Part shown: piece by piece, positions 13,480 through 26,696 of the stretch
Numbering within the stretch: the first letter of the stretch is position 1
Layout of the letters: each line of letters begins with the position of its first letter
Assembly: GCA_051362555.1 (NCBI GenBank)
Contig: CM120641.1
Location: forward strand, 33,672,401 to 33,736,400
Reading direction: 5' to 3'
DNA length: 64,000 nucleotides
From: Lingula anatina
Taxonomy: Eukaryota; Animalia; Brachiopoda
Position numbers and translations under genes: made by a program
The notes under the pieces: model-generated
What the model was told of the DNA's origin: nothing
Database searches by the model: none
What the model saw: the letters and a program-made list of their open reading frames with translations, nothing else

Positions 13480-16070
13480 TTCATCGTAAGGTAGGTCAAA
13501 GGTCAATTTCAAGGTCACAGTAAATTGCCAGTATATGACTTCCTATTCAAGTTCAATAGTAACCATGGACCTATCTCTGCAAGTTTTGGAGATAAAAGGA
13601 AAGCAAAATTTGCAAAGTTCAGTTCATAGTAAAAAGTAGGTCAAAGGTCAATTTTAAGGTCACATTTAGATTGCCAGTATATGACTTCCTATTAAAGATG
13701 TAGTAACTATGGACCTATCTCTGCCAGTTTTAGAGATAAAAGGGAAGCAAAATTTGCAAAGTTCAGTTCATGGTGAAAAGTAGGTCAAAGGTCAATTCAA
13801 AGGTCACAGTAAATTGCCTCTAATGACTTTCTATTCAAATTCAATAGTACCTATGGGCGCATCTTTGCCAGTTTTGGAGCTAAAAGGGAATAAAAATTTG
13901 CAAAGTTCAATTCATGGTAAAAAGTAAGTCAAAGGTAAATTTTAAGGTCACAAAAAATTGTCAGTATATGACTTCCTATTCAAGTTCAACATTAACTATG
14001 GACCTGTCTCTGCCAGTTTTGGAGATAAAGTGGAACAAAAACTTGCAAAGTTCAGTTCATGGTGAAAAGTAGGTCAAAGGTCAATTTCAAGGTCACATTA
14101 AGATTGCCAGTATATGACTTCCTATTCAAGTTCAATAGTAACTATGGACCTATCTCTGCCAGTTTTGGAGATAAAAGGGAACCAAAATTTGCAAAGTTCA
14201 ATTCATGATAAAAAGTAGGTCAAAGGTCAATTTCAAGGTCACATTTAGATTGCCAGTATATGACTTCCTATTCTAGTTCAGTAGTAACTATGGACCTATC
14301 TCTGCCAGTTTTGGAGGTAAAAGGGAACAAAAACTTGCAAAGTTCAGTTCATGGTGAAAAGTAGGTCAAAGGTCAATTTCAAGGTCACATTAAGATTGCC
14401 AGTATATGACTTCCTATTCAAGTTCAATAGTAACTATGGACCTATCTCTGCCAGTATTGGAGATAAAAGGGAACCAAAATTTGCAAAGTTCAATTCATGG
14501 TGAAAAGTAGGTCAAAGGTCAATTTTAAGGTCACAGTAAATTGCCAGTATATGACTTCCTATTCAAGTTCAATGGTAACTATGGACCTATCTTTGCCAGT
14601 TTTGGAGATAAAAGGGAACAATAATTTGCAAAGTTCAGTTCATGGTGAAAAGTAGGTCTAAGGTCAATTTAAAGTTCACAGTAAATTGCCTCTAATCACT
14701 TTCTATTCAAATTCAATAGTAACTATGGGCGCATCTTTGCCAGTTTTGGAGATAAAAGGGAACAAAAATTTGCAAAGTTCAGATTATGGTAAAAAGTAGG
14801 TCAAAGGTCAATTTAAAGGTCACTGTTAAATTGCCAGTATGTGACTTCCTTTTCAAGTTCAATGGTAACTATGGACCTATCTCTGTCAGTTTTGGAGATA
14901 AAGTGGAATGAAAATTTGCAAAGTTCAGTTCATAGTAAAAAGTAGGTCAAAGGTCAATTTCAAGGTCACACTTAGATTACCAATATATGACTTTCTTTTC
15001 AAGTTCAATAGTAACTATGGACCTATTTCTGCCAGTTTTGGAGTTAAAAGGGAACAAAAACTTGCAATGTTCAGTTCATGGTGAAAAGTAGGTCAAAGGT
15101 CAATTCAAAAGTCACAGTAAATTGCCTCTAATGACTTTCTATTCAAATTCAATAGTAACTATGGGCGCATCTTTGCCAGTTTTGGAGATAAAAGGGAACG
15201 AAAATTTGCAAAGTTCAGTTCATGGTAAAAAGTAGGTCAAAGGTCAATTTTAAGGTCACAGAAAATTGCCAGTATATGACTTCCCATTCAAGTTCAATAG
15301 TAACTATGGAACTATCTCTGCCAGTTTTGGACTTCAATGGGAACGAAAATTTGCAAAGTTCAATTCATGGTAAAAAGTAGGTCAAAGGTCAATTTCAAGG
15401 TCACATTTGGATTGCCAGTATATGACTTCCTATTCAAGTTCAATAGTAACTATAGACCTATCTCTGCCAGTTTTGGAGAAAAAAGGGAAGCAAAATATGC
15501 AAAGTTCAGTTCATGGTGAAAAATAGGTCAAAGGTCAATTTCAAGGTCACATTAAGATTGCCAGTACATGACTTCCTATCCAAGTTCAATAGTAACTATG
15601 GACCTATCTCTGCCAGTTTTGGATATGAAAGGGAAGCAATATTTGCAAAGTTCAGTTCATGGTGAAAAGTAGGTCAAAGGTCAATTTCAAGGTCACATTA
15701 AGATTGCCAGTTTATGACTTCCCATTCAAGTTAAATAGTAATATGGACCTATCTCTGACAGTTTTGGAGAAAAAAGGGAAGCAAAATATGCAAAGTTCAG
15801 TTCATGGTGAAAAGTAGGTCAAAGGTCAATTTCAAGGTCACATTAAGATTGCCAGTATATGACCTCCCATTCAAGTTCAATAGTAACTATGGACCTATCT
15901 CTGCCAGTTTTGGAGATAAAAGGGAAGCAAAATTTGCAAAGTTCAGTTCATGGTGAAATGTAGGTCAAAGGTCAATTTCAAGGTCACATCATTTAGATTG
16001 CCAGTGTATGACTTCCTATTCAAGTTCAATAGTAACTATGGACCTATCTCTGCCAGTTTTGGAGATATAA
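13480..16070. repeat. 146-bp tandem satellite array (about 18 copies)
   Basis: Monomer gttcagttcatggtgaaaagtaggtcaaaggtcaatttcaaggtcaca...ggagataaaagggaagcaaaatttgcaaa. Period measured as 146 in the sibling array (33785, 33931, 34077). Confidence 0.95.
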
Positions 16071-16297
16071 GGGACTAAATGTTATAATTTTGGAGTTCCC
16101 ATAATGTGCCATAAATTTCCTACAGAAAAAATCAATTAAAGAAAATGTCATTTTGGTCAAAATTCTTGAAATGGGAGGTACTCTGAAGTTCCAAAAGTTC
16201 AAATTTGATGAAATAATGTCAATTATGACCACAAGTTGACTGCTTTGCCAAGCCTTATGTTTTATTTTTCCAGAGTTCAAAATTTATTATCCATTAC

Positions 16298-19200
16298 TAG
16301 TCAGGCGGTTAAGTCCAAATTACACTATAGCTAATAAGTCCCCGGTCACTTTAATAGCACACGCTGTCTACATCAGACGCGCTAATGCGCACGTCCCCGA
16401 CAGAGTGAATGATAGGGGGATTACGATGGACAGCGCATGTTGCTCACAGCAGTAGGCACTGCCGCCGAAGTTAAACCGGTAATTAAGTCTTTAACTTGAC
16501 TAAACATGTTTTGCTTTGTAACTTGCGTCCTTCAGTCTTGCTGTTGCGGAAGCGCCGGCGGGACATATCTCCACCTTGCCGATATTTATCCCGACTCTCG
16601 ACTTTAAAAGTATTAGGCCTATTGGTTTTGATTTTATCAAAGTCTTATTATATCAGAAAACCTGCATATTTTCATACGTTAAGAGAATTATAGAAACTGT
16701 AGAAAAAGCTACTCGTACATCAGGGATAAAAAACAACACCTTGCAGCACTATTACCTATTATTCATCACCAGAAGTTACTGTTTCACTTTTTTCTCCCAA
16801 ATTACAAAGTCTGATGACAACTGAAAGCCTTTAGCCATACCTCAGGGCAGTGGGAGATAGTCTGGATTTGATAAAATGTAATAAAAGTATATTTTGAAGA
16901 ATTTTCCTAGCCTTCGGCAATTTCCGCAAAGCTTCGGCATGCGCGGCAATACAGAGCTGTCGATATCTGTTTGTTGTTATTGTTAAAGTTATTATTACTG
17001 GGGACATAAATTAGTATGCTAATCTCTTATCATGGTATAATGATTGATACGATGGGTATCAAATAGTTTTCCTTTGATATAAACAACAAAAGAGCGGCCT
17101 TCCAAATATCTTTGCTGAATGTTTATAACGTAGGTACTATTATGCGCAAAAATATTGATACATGACGCAAACGACATTTACTAATTTTGGTAATATCAAT
17201 TTTAATTAAAATTAAATTTAATTGAAATTAAAATTAAAATTTGTCTAAACGTGCATATTACCATTCACCTTGTTTAAAGGGTTCGCAACACTTTACATTC
17301 TAATACATTTTGCCAATTTTCATGTTTGCTAGTTTATTTTGATTTGAGAGAAAGCGAGAGAAGACCCTCTACCAGGGCCGCAAATTAATTATGAGTATTT
17401 TTCTTCAGTGCAAGAGACTGTGTAATGAAAAATCAATCTGTAACTCTGGTATAGGGTGGCCTTGTGTGTGTAATAATATACAAGTAGGGGCAGGGGTAAA
17501 GTTTTATAGTACAAATAGTCATTTTATACATCTTATTGATCTCATCGTCGGGTCATTGTTTACAATAGCGTTTTGTCGCTGTGCGTACCTTTTTGCATTT
17601 GAGTTAGACTCAGTCAGTAACAGCTGGTGATTTTGTCTTTTTTTGCGTTTCATTGACAATATTTTGGCCACCTAAGTAGGGAAATGTGGCTCTTTGTTTT
17701 GAAATGACATTTCCATTGTTCCTTTGAACATGCAAAAGTCAACACACTTACGTCAACATACTTACTTTGTAATACCAACCCAGGGGAAGAAACAAAAGCC
17801 TCATAAGGTGTCGTCATTCACACTGTAAAAGGTGTTAATTTCATGCTTCTATTGTTTGCCCATGAATCATTATGACAAATTTGTAGGGTTGCCAGATCAC
17901 TGGCGCTTCATTCAATTCTCTATATCTGCCCTGCAGCCTGGGATGAGTGATACTGGACTGACCTTTGTTTACATCTGGAGATTTTCTTTATAATTCGATC
18001 AGTGTGCATAGATATTTTCCATCAGGAAAAATACGTGATAATGTTACGATTCTTATTTTACGGATACATAATTACAAACATTAATTCCTGATTTAATACC
18101 CCCTATTTCAGCGCCTATTCCTGGCTGCGTTAATTATGGGGGGTTGGAAAGTAATCCGTTAGAACGCAGGAGTGATGATTGCTACTCTTACCAACGGTGC
18201 ATCACCGATCAACTAATCTCAGCCACCTGAAGCAGAATCACCAACAAAAGACAAATTGGACTACATCTGCCTTCTTGTTGAGACATCTTATGTAAAAAAG
18301 GCGATAACGGTCAAAACATACGTGCTTCGTGGTTTATTAAATGTTCATCGTATTTTTTCGTTCGTTATTCTTATGAGTTAAGCAGCTTCACCTCCGTGAC
18401 ACCCTTTTTATTTATTTAAACCATTGTTAGATAAACCATGGGTTTCACTCCAGATTTCACGATCGAGCAGCTGATCATGAGGAGAGTGTAGCATGCTATA
18501 GTAAACTACCCCAAATATATATACAACACCTCCAGGGTTTCACGATCGAGCAAGTGATCATGAGGAGAGAGTGTAGCAGAGGACTTCATTAATGGTCGTC
18601 ATAATTGGTGGTTGCCTTGGGAAAATGAGTTACATGATTACATAATACAGATACATAATAACATAAGATTAATACTAAAATTTTCCCTGATACAAAAACC
18701 CCTATTTGAGCGCTTATTCCTGACTGCGTTAATTACGGGTGATTAGAAAGTAATCTATGAGGACGCAGGAGCGATGATCGCTACTCTTACCAACGGTAAA
18801 TCACCGATTTACTTGACTCCGCTACTTCGAGCAAAATCACACACCACCAAAAGACAAATTAGACCACGTTCGTCCTCTTATTAAAACAAAGAATGTAAAA
18901 ATGTGATGTCGGTCAAAGAAGAGGCCTAGACTACGTGCTTCATGGTTTATTAGATAGGCCTATTCATTGGATTTTTTTATTTCATTATTATAGCTTCACC
19001 TCGCGAGACCCTTTTTTATATATTTAAAACACAGCACCCCACTGGTTTCGCGATCATGAAGAAAGGGAGTGTAGCAAAGAACCTCATTAATGGTCGTAAT
19101 AATAGGTGGTTGCATTGTAGGCCTAACCTTGTTCATTTTAGTCGACAGACTAAGCTAGAAGAAAGAAAAGATCATTATCGCCTCTCTTTACTTAGGAACA

Positions 19201-20477
19201 ATAAGGATGGCTAGTGGCAGCATTTATAAGTTCTTTTATTTAGAAACTTTCCGATCCTTTGTCTGGGACTGCGTCCGAGAAACGGCGATAACGACAGAGA
19301 CGTCCTCGAACATTTTGGACTCAGTGCTAATAAAAAAAAATCCGTTAAGAAGTAGCCTTTAAATGTCCTGGCAAATAATTTTGCGATGGCTCAGAGAGTT
19401 CTAGAATGAATGACAAGCAACGACATTAGGGTTAATAACAGACTAAAAACTATCAGAGTGTAGGCCTGTCTTACTTCATTTCTAAGGCCATCTTGTGATA
19501 CGAGTCATGCTACACTACAAAAGAGGGGGTAGCAGTGGATGATTTAATACAGGGATACCATCGATAGTATATCAATAGAAAATCGCAATCCTCAAATGTT
19601 TTTTAATTCATTAAATATAAACGGTCTTTTCTCGTACAATGGGTCTGGTATAGTTGTATTGGCCTATCAGTTGGAAACACGTGGTTCGTCTACAATTGCA
19701 AATGGCGGAGGTGCCGTGGTAGTTATTGTCGTAAAATTAGCTGGATACGGTGCACGTGAGAAAATTATTCATTAAATTTAGTTTTCGAGCGTCAGCTTAA
19801 TCTGGTAAAATGCGAGACGAAAAAAATGATAGATAGAGCCTTATGACCCACTGTAGAATGATGCCAAATAATACATCAACGACGTAGTTTATCGGCAGAT
19901 AAACGTGTTTCCATTCTCGGCTGACTGAGGAAAGGTTTGAGAGAGCATTTAAAGAAGAGGCGGTCGAACCAATAGTGAGTAGGAAGTGTGCTGCAATCAA
20001 GACGAACAATACCGATCATAAGTGGACAGCTAATAACCCCTAATTAACCCCGGGTTACGCGCTGCTGTGTTGACTCCTTGCTGGGAAGGGGTAGCGGCCT
20101 CCTACTGCTGTGCGTAATCAAACATTGTCTTCTAACATGCGGCTACACGACGGTTGCATTGTATTAATAAAGTAATACCTATTCATAAGGAAGGGGGCGG
20201 ATGGTAATCTTACGAGAATTAAATCAGTTATCGATCATACGCGTACCAATAGTCGTGTTTTTTTTTAGCTATACGGTATATCCAGAATTGTGCAAAAGAT
20301 GATAAAAGCATGAAACTTTCCACGATGAATATTTAAGAAAGCCGCTCATCCGAGTACTAATGAATTTTGGAGTTGCCCCCTGATCCAAAATAGACAAACA
20401 CCCAATGGTCATTCATCGAGGAAAGTTTCATGCTTTTATCATCTATTGCAAAATTTTTTGGCTTAGCCGCCTCACTA
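16298..20477. mobile_element. Non-autonomous Academ-type DNA transposon (4180 bp)
   Basis: TAG...CTA termini (tagtcaggcggttaag / cttagccgcctcacta), 3-bp TSD TAC. Empty site ccattaccgtactg near 34721. Confidence 0.85.
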
Positions 20478-23400
20478 TACCGTACTGCACATTTTGCTTT
20501 CACCACCAATATGTACTTTTTGATAGCGTAACTCGAAAACCATTTGGAATACAAAAAAACGGAGACCACCTCCAGTGTTGGGCTTTACATGCTCTACAAA
20601 ATGCAAAAAAAGAATGGGTCTCTAGCATTAACGGTCCCCGAATTAGAGACAGTTTTCAGTTTCAGCATCTTATGGCTGCTACTCCCGTGAAAATGCACCG
20701 ATTGACCCCAAATTCACGGAGATGAAAGATGACCTGAAGGGTAACACTTTCCAATAATATTATTGGTTAAGTCTGTGTGGTGTCTGAATAACAGGGCAAA
20801 AATAATTTTATTTTTTTGAAAATTTTGGCACGTTTGACCTTGAAGTAAAGGTCAAAGGTCAAATCCAAGGGCATATTTGAAATCTACACATATGACTTTT
20901 GGAAAGCCGTCTGTAGAAATTTTTCCCATAACCCCTTCCGTAGGGTAGATGATTAGCATTTAATTTTGCCATTTTTTGGAAAAGGGTGCATTGCAATGGG
21001 TGCCACACCCAGACCCCAATACCGACAAAGCCCAAATTTTACGTGGAACGAGTTGAGATTATAGGTGACCTAAATCCAAGAGATGGGTACCGGGGCCCTT
21101 TCCGTCTAGGAGGAGAAGCGGTAACGGTAGCCGTCCGGCGGAGCCGGCGGAACGATCCAGACTGGACCGAAACCATGTGTACCGCCAGCGCTAACGCTGG
21201 TGGTACAATAAGAAGTAGACTGCAAAATGGTGTGGACATGCTCTTACAAGGTCATTTGAAGGTCATGGGTTTAGTTTGACCCCATATCCTGAAAGAGCAT
21301 GTGCAAATTGGAGGGGGGGGGATCAAAACATCACTTTTAGCCCACTTCAATATTTCCCAAAGAAATAGCCGAATGACCTTGAAAATGAGGGTCAAGGTCA
21401 AATTTGACATTTGATTTGGGGGTGTTGGGTATATGTTTGGGGTAGTTTACTATAGCTTGTTATCACAAAAAATTTCATGGAGAAATTGACAAAGTCACTA
21501 TTTCTGTGAAATTATAAATATTTAAAAATCTATATTAAAAAAAAAACTGATCAGTCAATTGTCAATATTATTAGCAACTGCACTGGACAGATATCCAGCG
21601 CAACTTTTTACATCATCCTTGTGGCTCTGTTCCATCTGGTTTACCCCCTGCCGAGTGTCAACCACCTGGCGCATATTTTGCAATAGGTTGACCTTGACCT
21701 GACCTACTTTCCTAAAATTAGGTCACTTGATATAGAATTATTGTGTGACCTCACCTATTAAAGGATTTGTCAAAATGTTGAAAATTCAAATTTTCACTTT
21801 AAAAGGCTGTGACCTTGAAAATTAGGGCAAGGTCAAAAAAATTGGATGGACCTGAATAACTTTTCATAGGCTTTCAGTATGAATTTTTTCAGAATTTTAG
21901 AAAGAAATTTTTTGACGAAAAATAATAATAAGAATAAGAATAATAACAAGAAAAACAATAGTATTCCCCTATGGAGAATCCTAATAAGAATAATAATAAT
22001 AAGAACAGCAAAAACAATAGTATTCCCCTATGGGGAATCCTAATAATAAGAACAGCAAAAACAACAGTATTCCCCTATGGGGAATCCTAACTAGACTGCA
22101 ACTGGCTGAAGCCAGTGGCTGAGGATTCCCCTGCAAAATAGGTCATTTGAAGGTCATGGGTTAAATTTGACCCCATATTCTGAAAGGGCATGAGCAAATT
22201 GGGGGTGGGGGTTAACAAAACATCACTTTAACCCACTTCAATATTTTTCCATGAAATAGCCGAATGACCTTGAAAATGAGGGTCAAGGTCAAATGTGACA
22301 TTTGATTTGGGGGTGTTGGGTATATGTTTGGGATAGTTTACTATAGCATGTTATCACAAAAAATCAATATTTCATGGAGAAATTGACAAAGGCACTATTT
22401 CTGTGAAATTAATAATATTTAAAAATCTATACTAAACAAGGCAGCAAAGCTGTCAAATGTACAGACAAAAAACAGAAAATTAAGATGCAAAAAAAGGTCA
22501 TTTTGTCAATTTTGATGCAATAATAAATAATGCTTATACATGTATTTACTGGATTTGTGAGTACCATTTACAATAATGTTTGAGATAAGACACCAGTAAA
22601 AATATTTATTATGCACAGAGATTAATGTTTATTTACGTGTGTTCCTTGTATTTCTTAACGATTGCCAGGTTTGTCTGTCGAAATATGCCATGAAATTGTA
22701 ACTAATATGAGTGGCATCGATAACAGGAATTACAAGTGTTGCTCATATGTTGACTCTGACAGGGTTTGGGTAAGTTTATACAGCAAAGAAAGTTTAAATG
22801 GAAATGGACATGGTGGGAGATACTGGTTTCATTACATGTACATTACCATGGCCGGGGCGAATTGTTGACTTACGGAGGGCACATTTCTTGTGCCTCTTAC
22901 ATCTGGGCATACAAAACACAGTAACTAAGACGTATGACCAAGATGCTATTTCTTTAGGCATCTTTATCCCAAAATGAATGTGCAGAAGCTGTTATTGTAT
23001 CTAAGTTAAACTTAGTTTTAAATGGCATGTCAACTATAATTGAAAATATATTTGAGTAGTATTTTGATTTTATATTCTAAAGGCAATTAAGTTTCCTTTT
23101 TACATTAAAAATAAATAAATAAATCAGAAAGGGGATATTGCATGTTTTATATGTTTGGTACATCTGTGAATGGATAAATAGTCCAGAGTAATAGTTTTGA
23201 TCATACAATTTTTTACATTAGCGTCCAACCAGTATTTCGGAGATTAAACCAATATGAAGTGATCAAGAAACTTCAAAATCAAGTTGTAGTTAATACTAGT
23301 GCAGTTGAAGATGACAGTCTAGATAATTTAAGGTGATCATATTGAGAAAAATGGCATTTATACTTATTTCAGTTGAGTTTTATACTTATTTCATTTATGT

Positions 23401-25099
23401 TTTTACATGATTTTTCTCAAACTTGATTATCTTAATTTTATGTACTGTTGCTTTTTTTTGGTTGCAGTATCAAGGTAACTTTTTCCTATGGGATGCCTGA
23501 ACTGGAAGAAGTACAGATGGAAGAGGAGGAATATGCTGAAGAAGAGGGAATTGAAGGATTCTGATGATCCAACACAGGACTAAAACATGTCTTTAGAGTA
23601 AGCAGAATTTTAATAAGCTGATATTCACTCATCTTATATTAGGCATTATAGGTGCACGATTTCTCTTTTATCAATTATTTTTCCATATAAGCGACACAAA
23701 ATGTAAATTTTTATTTGCCTTTTTAGACCTTAAGATTATGAGCAACTGCCAGTATGATGTCCTGAAGAAGAGTTTTTTTACATGGAAGAGGAACTCCATG
23801 GCTCTCCACCAAAAGACGAGGAACTTTTCTTGAGGGTCCAAAGCGGGGATGAGTTGGATAGCGAGAGACTTTTCCTGACTTTCAAGTGCTGCTTACAGGA
23901 TATATTCAGTGAACTCATCTTGCCACTGTGACAAAAGCATAATCTGTTGACTTCAAACCATCTAGCACTGGCATTTATGCTATAATGCAGACAGATTGGA
24001 AGTCAAGGTGGTCTTTCCTCCCAAACCTAAGTCATATGCCTGATATTGAGAAGAAACCATTTTGGTCCAGCATTTACTTCTTAAATCTAAATGGCATCAA
24101 ATGTATTATGGAATATGGTACTGGTGGCATATTGTGACTTCAACATGATTTTAAACCAGTGTGTTGTCAGATTTTGTAAGATCACCAGTTGCGGAGTTTT
24201 GTGACTTTGTTACAGCATAAATTTCTGTATTTGGCAAATGACTGTATGTCATTTATTTTAAGACCTACAAAATGGATTGAGTGAACACTTGTGCCTGTAT
24301 TCAATTCTTCTCTCAGCCATCATTTAGAATTCATGCAGGGAAGCCATGCCTGAATTTTTTTAAAGAAATATTTATACCTTTCTATTTATTCCCTGCACAT
24401 CTTGGAAAAGTATGTGTGAATATCTTACCGATGAAACAATTTATGTTTGTGTAAGTTGGGTTAGTCCCTTCTTATGACACATCCCTTTGCATTGAGACTT
24501 TTGTGTCAGCTCACATGAGTCAACACACTGACAGAGAGGGGGATAATTTGTTGATCTGCAATGCTCATGGGTCTGCATGTACATCAGACTCTTAACATGA
24601 TAGCCCGGCTGTTAATAAATCTCTCTCAAAAATATTACCATACTAAATTGTGTACTGCACAATGTGAAAGTTTGTGAATGCTTGAATGGAAGGCTTATTT
24701 ATGAAGAGAGCATTAATAAGTATGAAAATAATTATGCATTCCAGGTTACAAAATCTGTGTATGTCTTATTCATTACATGTGACAGGTAATAATAAAGATG
24801 ATTTGGCCAAATTCCAAACTTTTGAAACAAACTTTGTTTATTCTTGTATTTTTTCCAAATTTAAATAAAAGATGTTTCAATATTTAAACTTTTATTTCAT
24901 TCATAATCTCTACCCAGTTAATGCTACATTGATACTGCAGCTTATGCTTTGTACATAGCAATATGTTAATTAATAATAACAGTTGAATAATGCATATTGG
25001 TAATTCACAAAGGTCTAGTTCTTATAAAAACATGTTCGACATAAAATTATATTCTAAAAAAGTTTTTAAGAATTGCATTAGAATTGAATCTTTGGATGT

Positions 25100-25385
25100 A
25101 TATGGCAAAATTATAAAACTATTGAAGAGTTGACAATGCCCAGAAAATAAAGTCCTTGAGGCTCTCGCTGATCTCAGTCTTGTCACTTTAAATACATGCA
25201 CATGGGCATTATAATATAAAACCGTTCACTCGGTTTTGGTAAAAGGTGGTGGATCATGTGATCATCAATGCAAATTTTTTGTAGCAGTCTTTTACACAAC
25301 TTGTCACGCCGACATTGAAGTGATGCAGTATTGTAAGATTGGAGTGCTTCCTGGTATGAGTTTTCCAGATATAACTTGAGGCACT
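25100..25385 (-). pseudogene. 3' fragment of a CR1/L2-group LINE ORF2
   Basis: Translates SYQEALQSYNTASLQCRRDKLCKRLLQKICIDDHMIHHLLPKP...KDFIFWAL, like the conserved C-terminus of L2/CR1-type ORF2. Confidence 0.6.
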
Positions 25386-25765
25386 GTAATAGTAAAATTA
25401 CATAAAATGGTTATAAAGAAAAAATGTATTGATATTATCATAACAGCACTATTCTTTAACAAAAATCAACAAATTAGAGGGCATGATCACTACATGATAA
25501 CCAGCTTTTAATAAAGAAGCAAGTCTGATTATGGCAAAAAAAAAAAAGAAAGAAAAATCAAATTTAAATATCTGTAGCTGCATTAAATCATTAAGGCCAC
25601 ACGAAGAAATAACATAATCAGACATGGTTTCAAAGAACTGATGTAAAAAAATCACACTAATATTCCCCACTTGGAATTACAATTTTGACTAGCTAATTTA
25701 CAACAGTATAGTGCTAAACCATACCAAATGGCACTCTTCGCCATCTAAAATACCAAAAATTTAAA

Positions 25766-25771
25766 GCAGGC

Positions 25772-25830
<59 letters not shown>

Positions 25831-25887
25831 CGGCTTTGCATCTGCGGACCCCCCCCCCCTTTTCAAATAATCCTGGATCCGCCCCTG
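25766..25887. repeat. About 56-nt poly-G run within a short hAT-type MITE fragment ending ctggatccgcccctg
   Basis: G run 25774-25829 followed by a CAGGGGCGGATCCAG-type terminus on the minus strand. Confidence 0.65.
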
Positions 25888-26696
25888 TTATACTGCTAAA
25901 ATTATTCTTCACTCGTGCTTGAAGGGGTGTATCACCCAATTCCTCCTCCGAAAGGCTAAAAAATTCATTCCTTATAATCATATTCATTGACAATATTATT
26001 AAATTTACAATTTAGTTAACATAGTTACGTGTTGTACAAAGAACACCCTCTATCCCCACTAGTACTCGAGTTACATTGTATATTTCATGGGATTCCCCTG
26101 CGAGAATATGGTGTGAGGTTAGTCTGTAAGTACTGGTAGATGACCACATTGAGCAGAAAAGGGTATTCCTCCTGCTTTACAGAACTATTCACCTCAGGGG
26201 TAAAGTGCACTATCTTGCTTCATATAACTAGTAGAACGTACCCAGTGCGAGTGATTTGGCTGCGAGTGCGTTAACCGAGGAAATGTTAATTATTAGCAGT
26301 TATCTACGCTTTTTAACTTCCTCTGCCAGACATTTTTATTTCCACTGCCACCTTCCCATTTTAAAATACTTTTGGTAAATATAACTCGCTTACCTGCAAA
26401 GATTCGGTGAGCAATTCCTCTTCTCCTTCACGTCCATGCTCACCTTCGAAACGACATGCTGTCTGCATTGTTTACATCTCGTATCTGAGTCGAGAAGCCG
26501 CGTTATTTCAAACTGTGTCAAGATGGCTGATGCCCGGGGTTCGAAAGTGGACGGTGAATATGATTCTTTTTTCGATATTGATTAAGGCCATTTACCTGCC
26601 ATTTTATGCTTTACCCATAGCAACTGTTCTCAGATAAGTTAAAAAAGAAGCAATCCATGCACTCAAAAGGCGTTTTTAATCCTATTTTTTGTCCCT

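Larger units (their letters stand above)
13278..21210 (-). mobile_element. HINE family A copy with about 18 monomers, interrupted by an Academ-type element
   Basis: Both termini present. Internal sequence resumes exactly after the 16298-20477 insertion. Confidence 0.9.
9796..22432 (-). mobile_element. Cluster of nested HINE family C copies (heads at 9796, 10559, about 21215, 22089; opposite ends at 13051-13095 and three times in 21945-22090)
   Basis: aactagactgca terminus, palindrome actggc-tgaa-gccagt, subTIR aggattcccc/ggggaatcct, (aat/aag)n microsatellite next to the end. This is HINE/DINE-1 architecture. Confidence 0.8.
22540..26696 (+). mobile_element. Degenerate Kolobok-like element remnant (left end lost)
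   Basis: Right end tgtccct|TTAA, after which family D resumes (compare 62051). Decayed exon-like segment 23727-24090 (ERLFLTFKCCLQDIF...KPFWSS) resembles Kolobok transposase KFIVF.SCL..LF...W.SQP. Convergent minus-strand first exon at 26394-26468. Confidence 0.45.

Noticed and set aside
15337-15519. ORFs with repeated MVKSRSKVNFKVTF peptides (also 48886, 51619)
   Set aside because: Chance translation of the satellite; 146 is not a multiple of 3 and stops recur.
13480-16070. CRISPR-like array
   Set aside because: Monomers are contiguous with no unique spacers, there are no cas genes, and the context is eukaryotic.
19250-20040. Transposase remnant inside the first Academ
   Set aside because: Only vague fragments (FWTQC...KCP) among many stops; too weak to call.
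25745-25993. Poly-proline protein
   Set aside because: Produced by the poly-G run, whose length may itself be a sequencing artefact.
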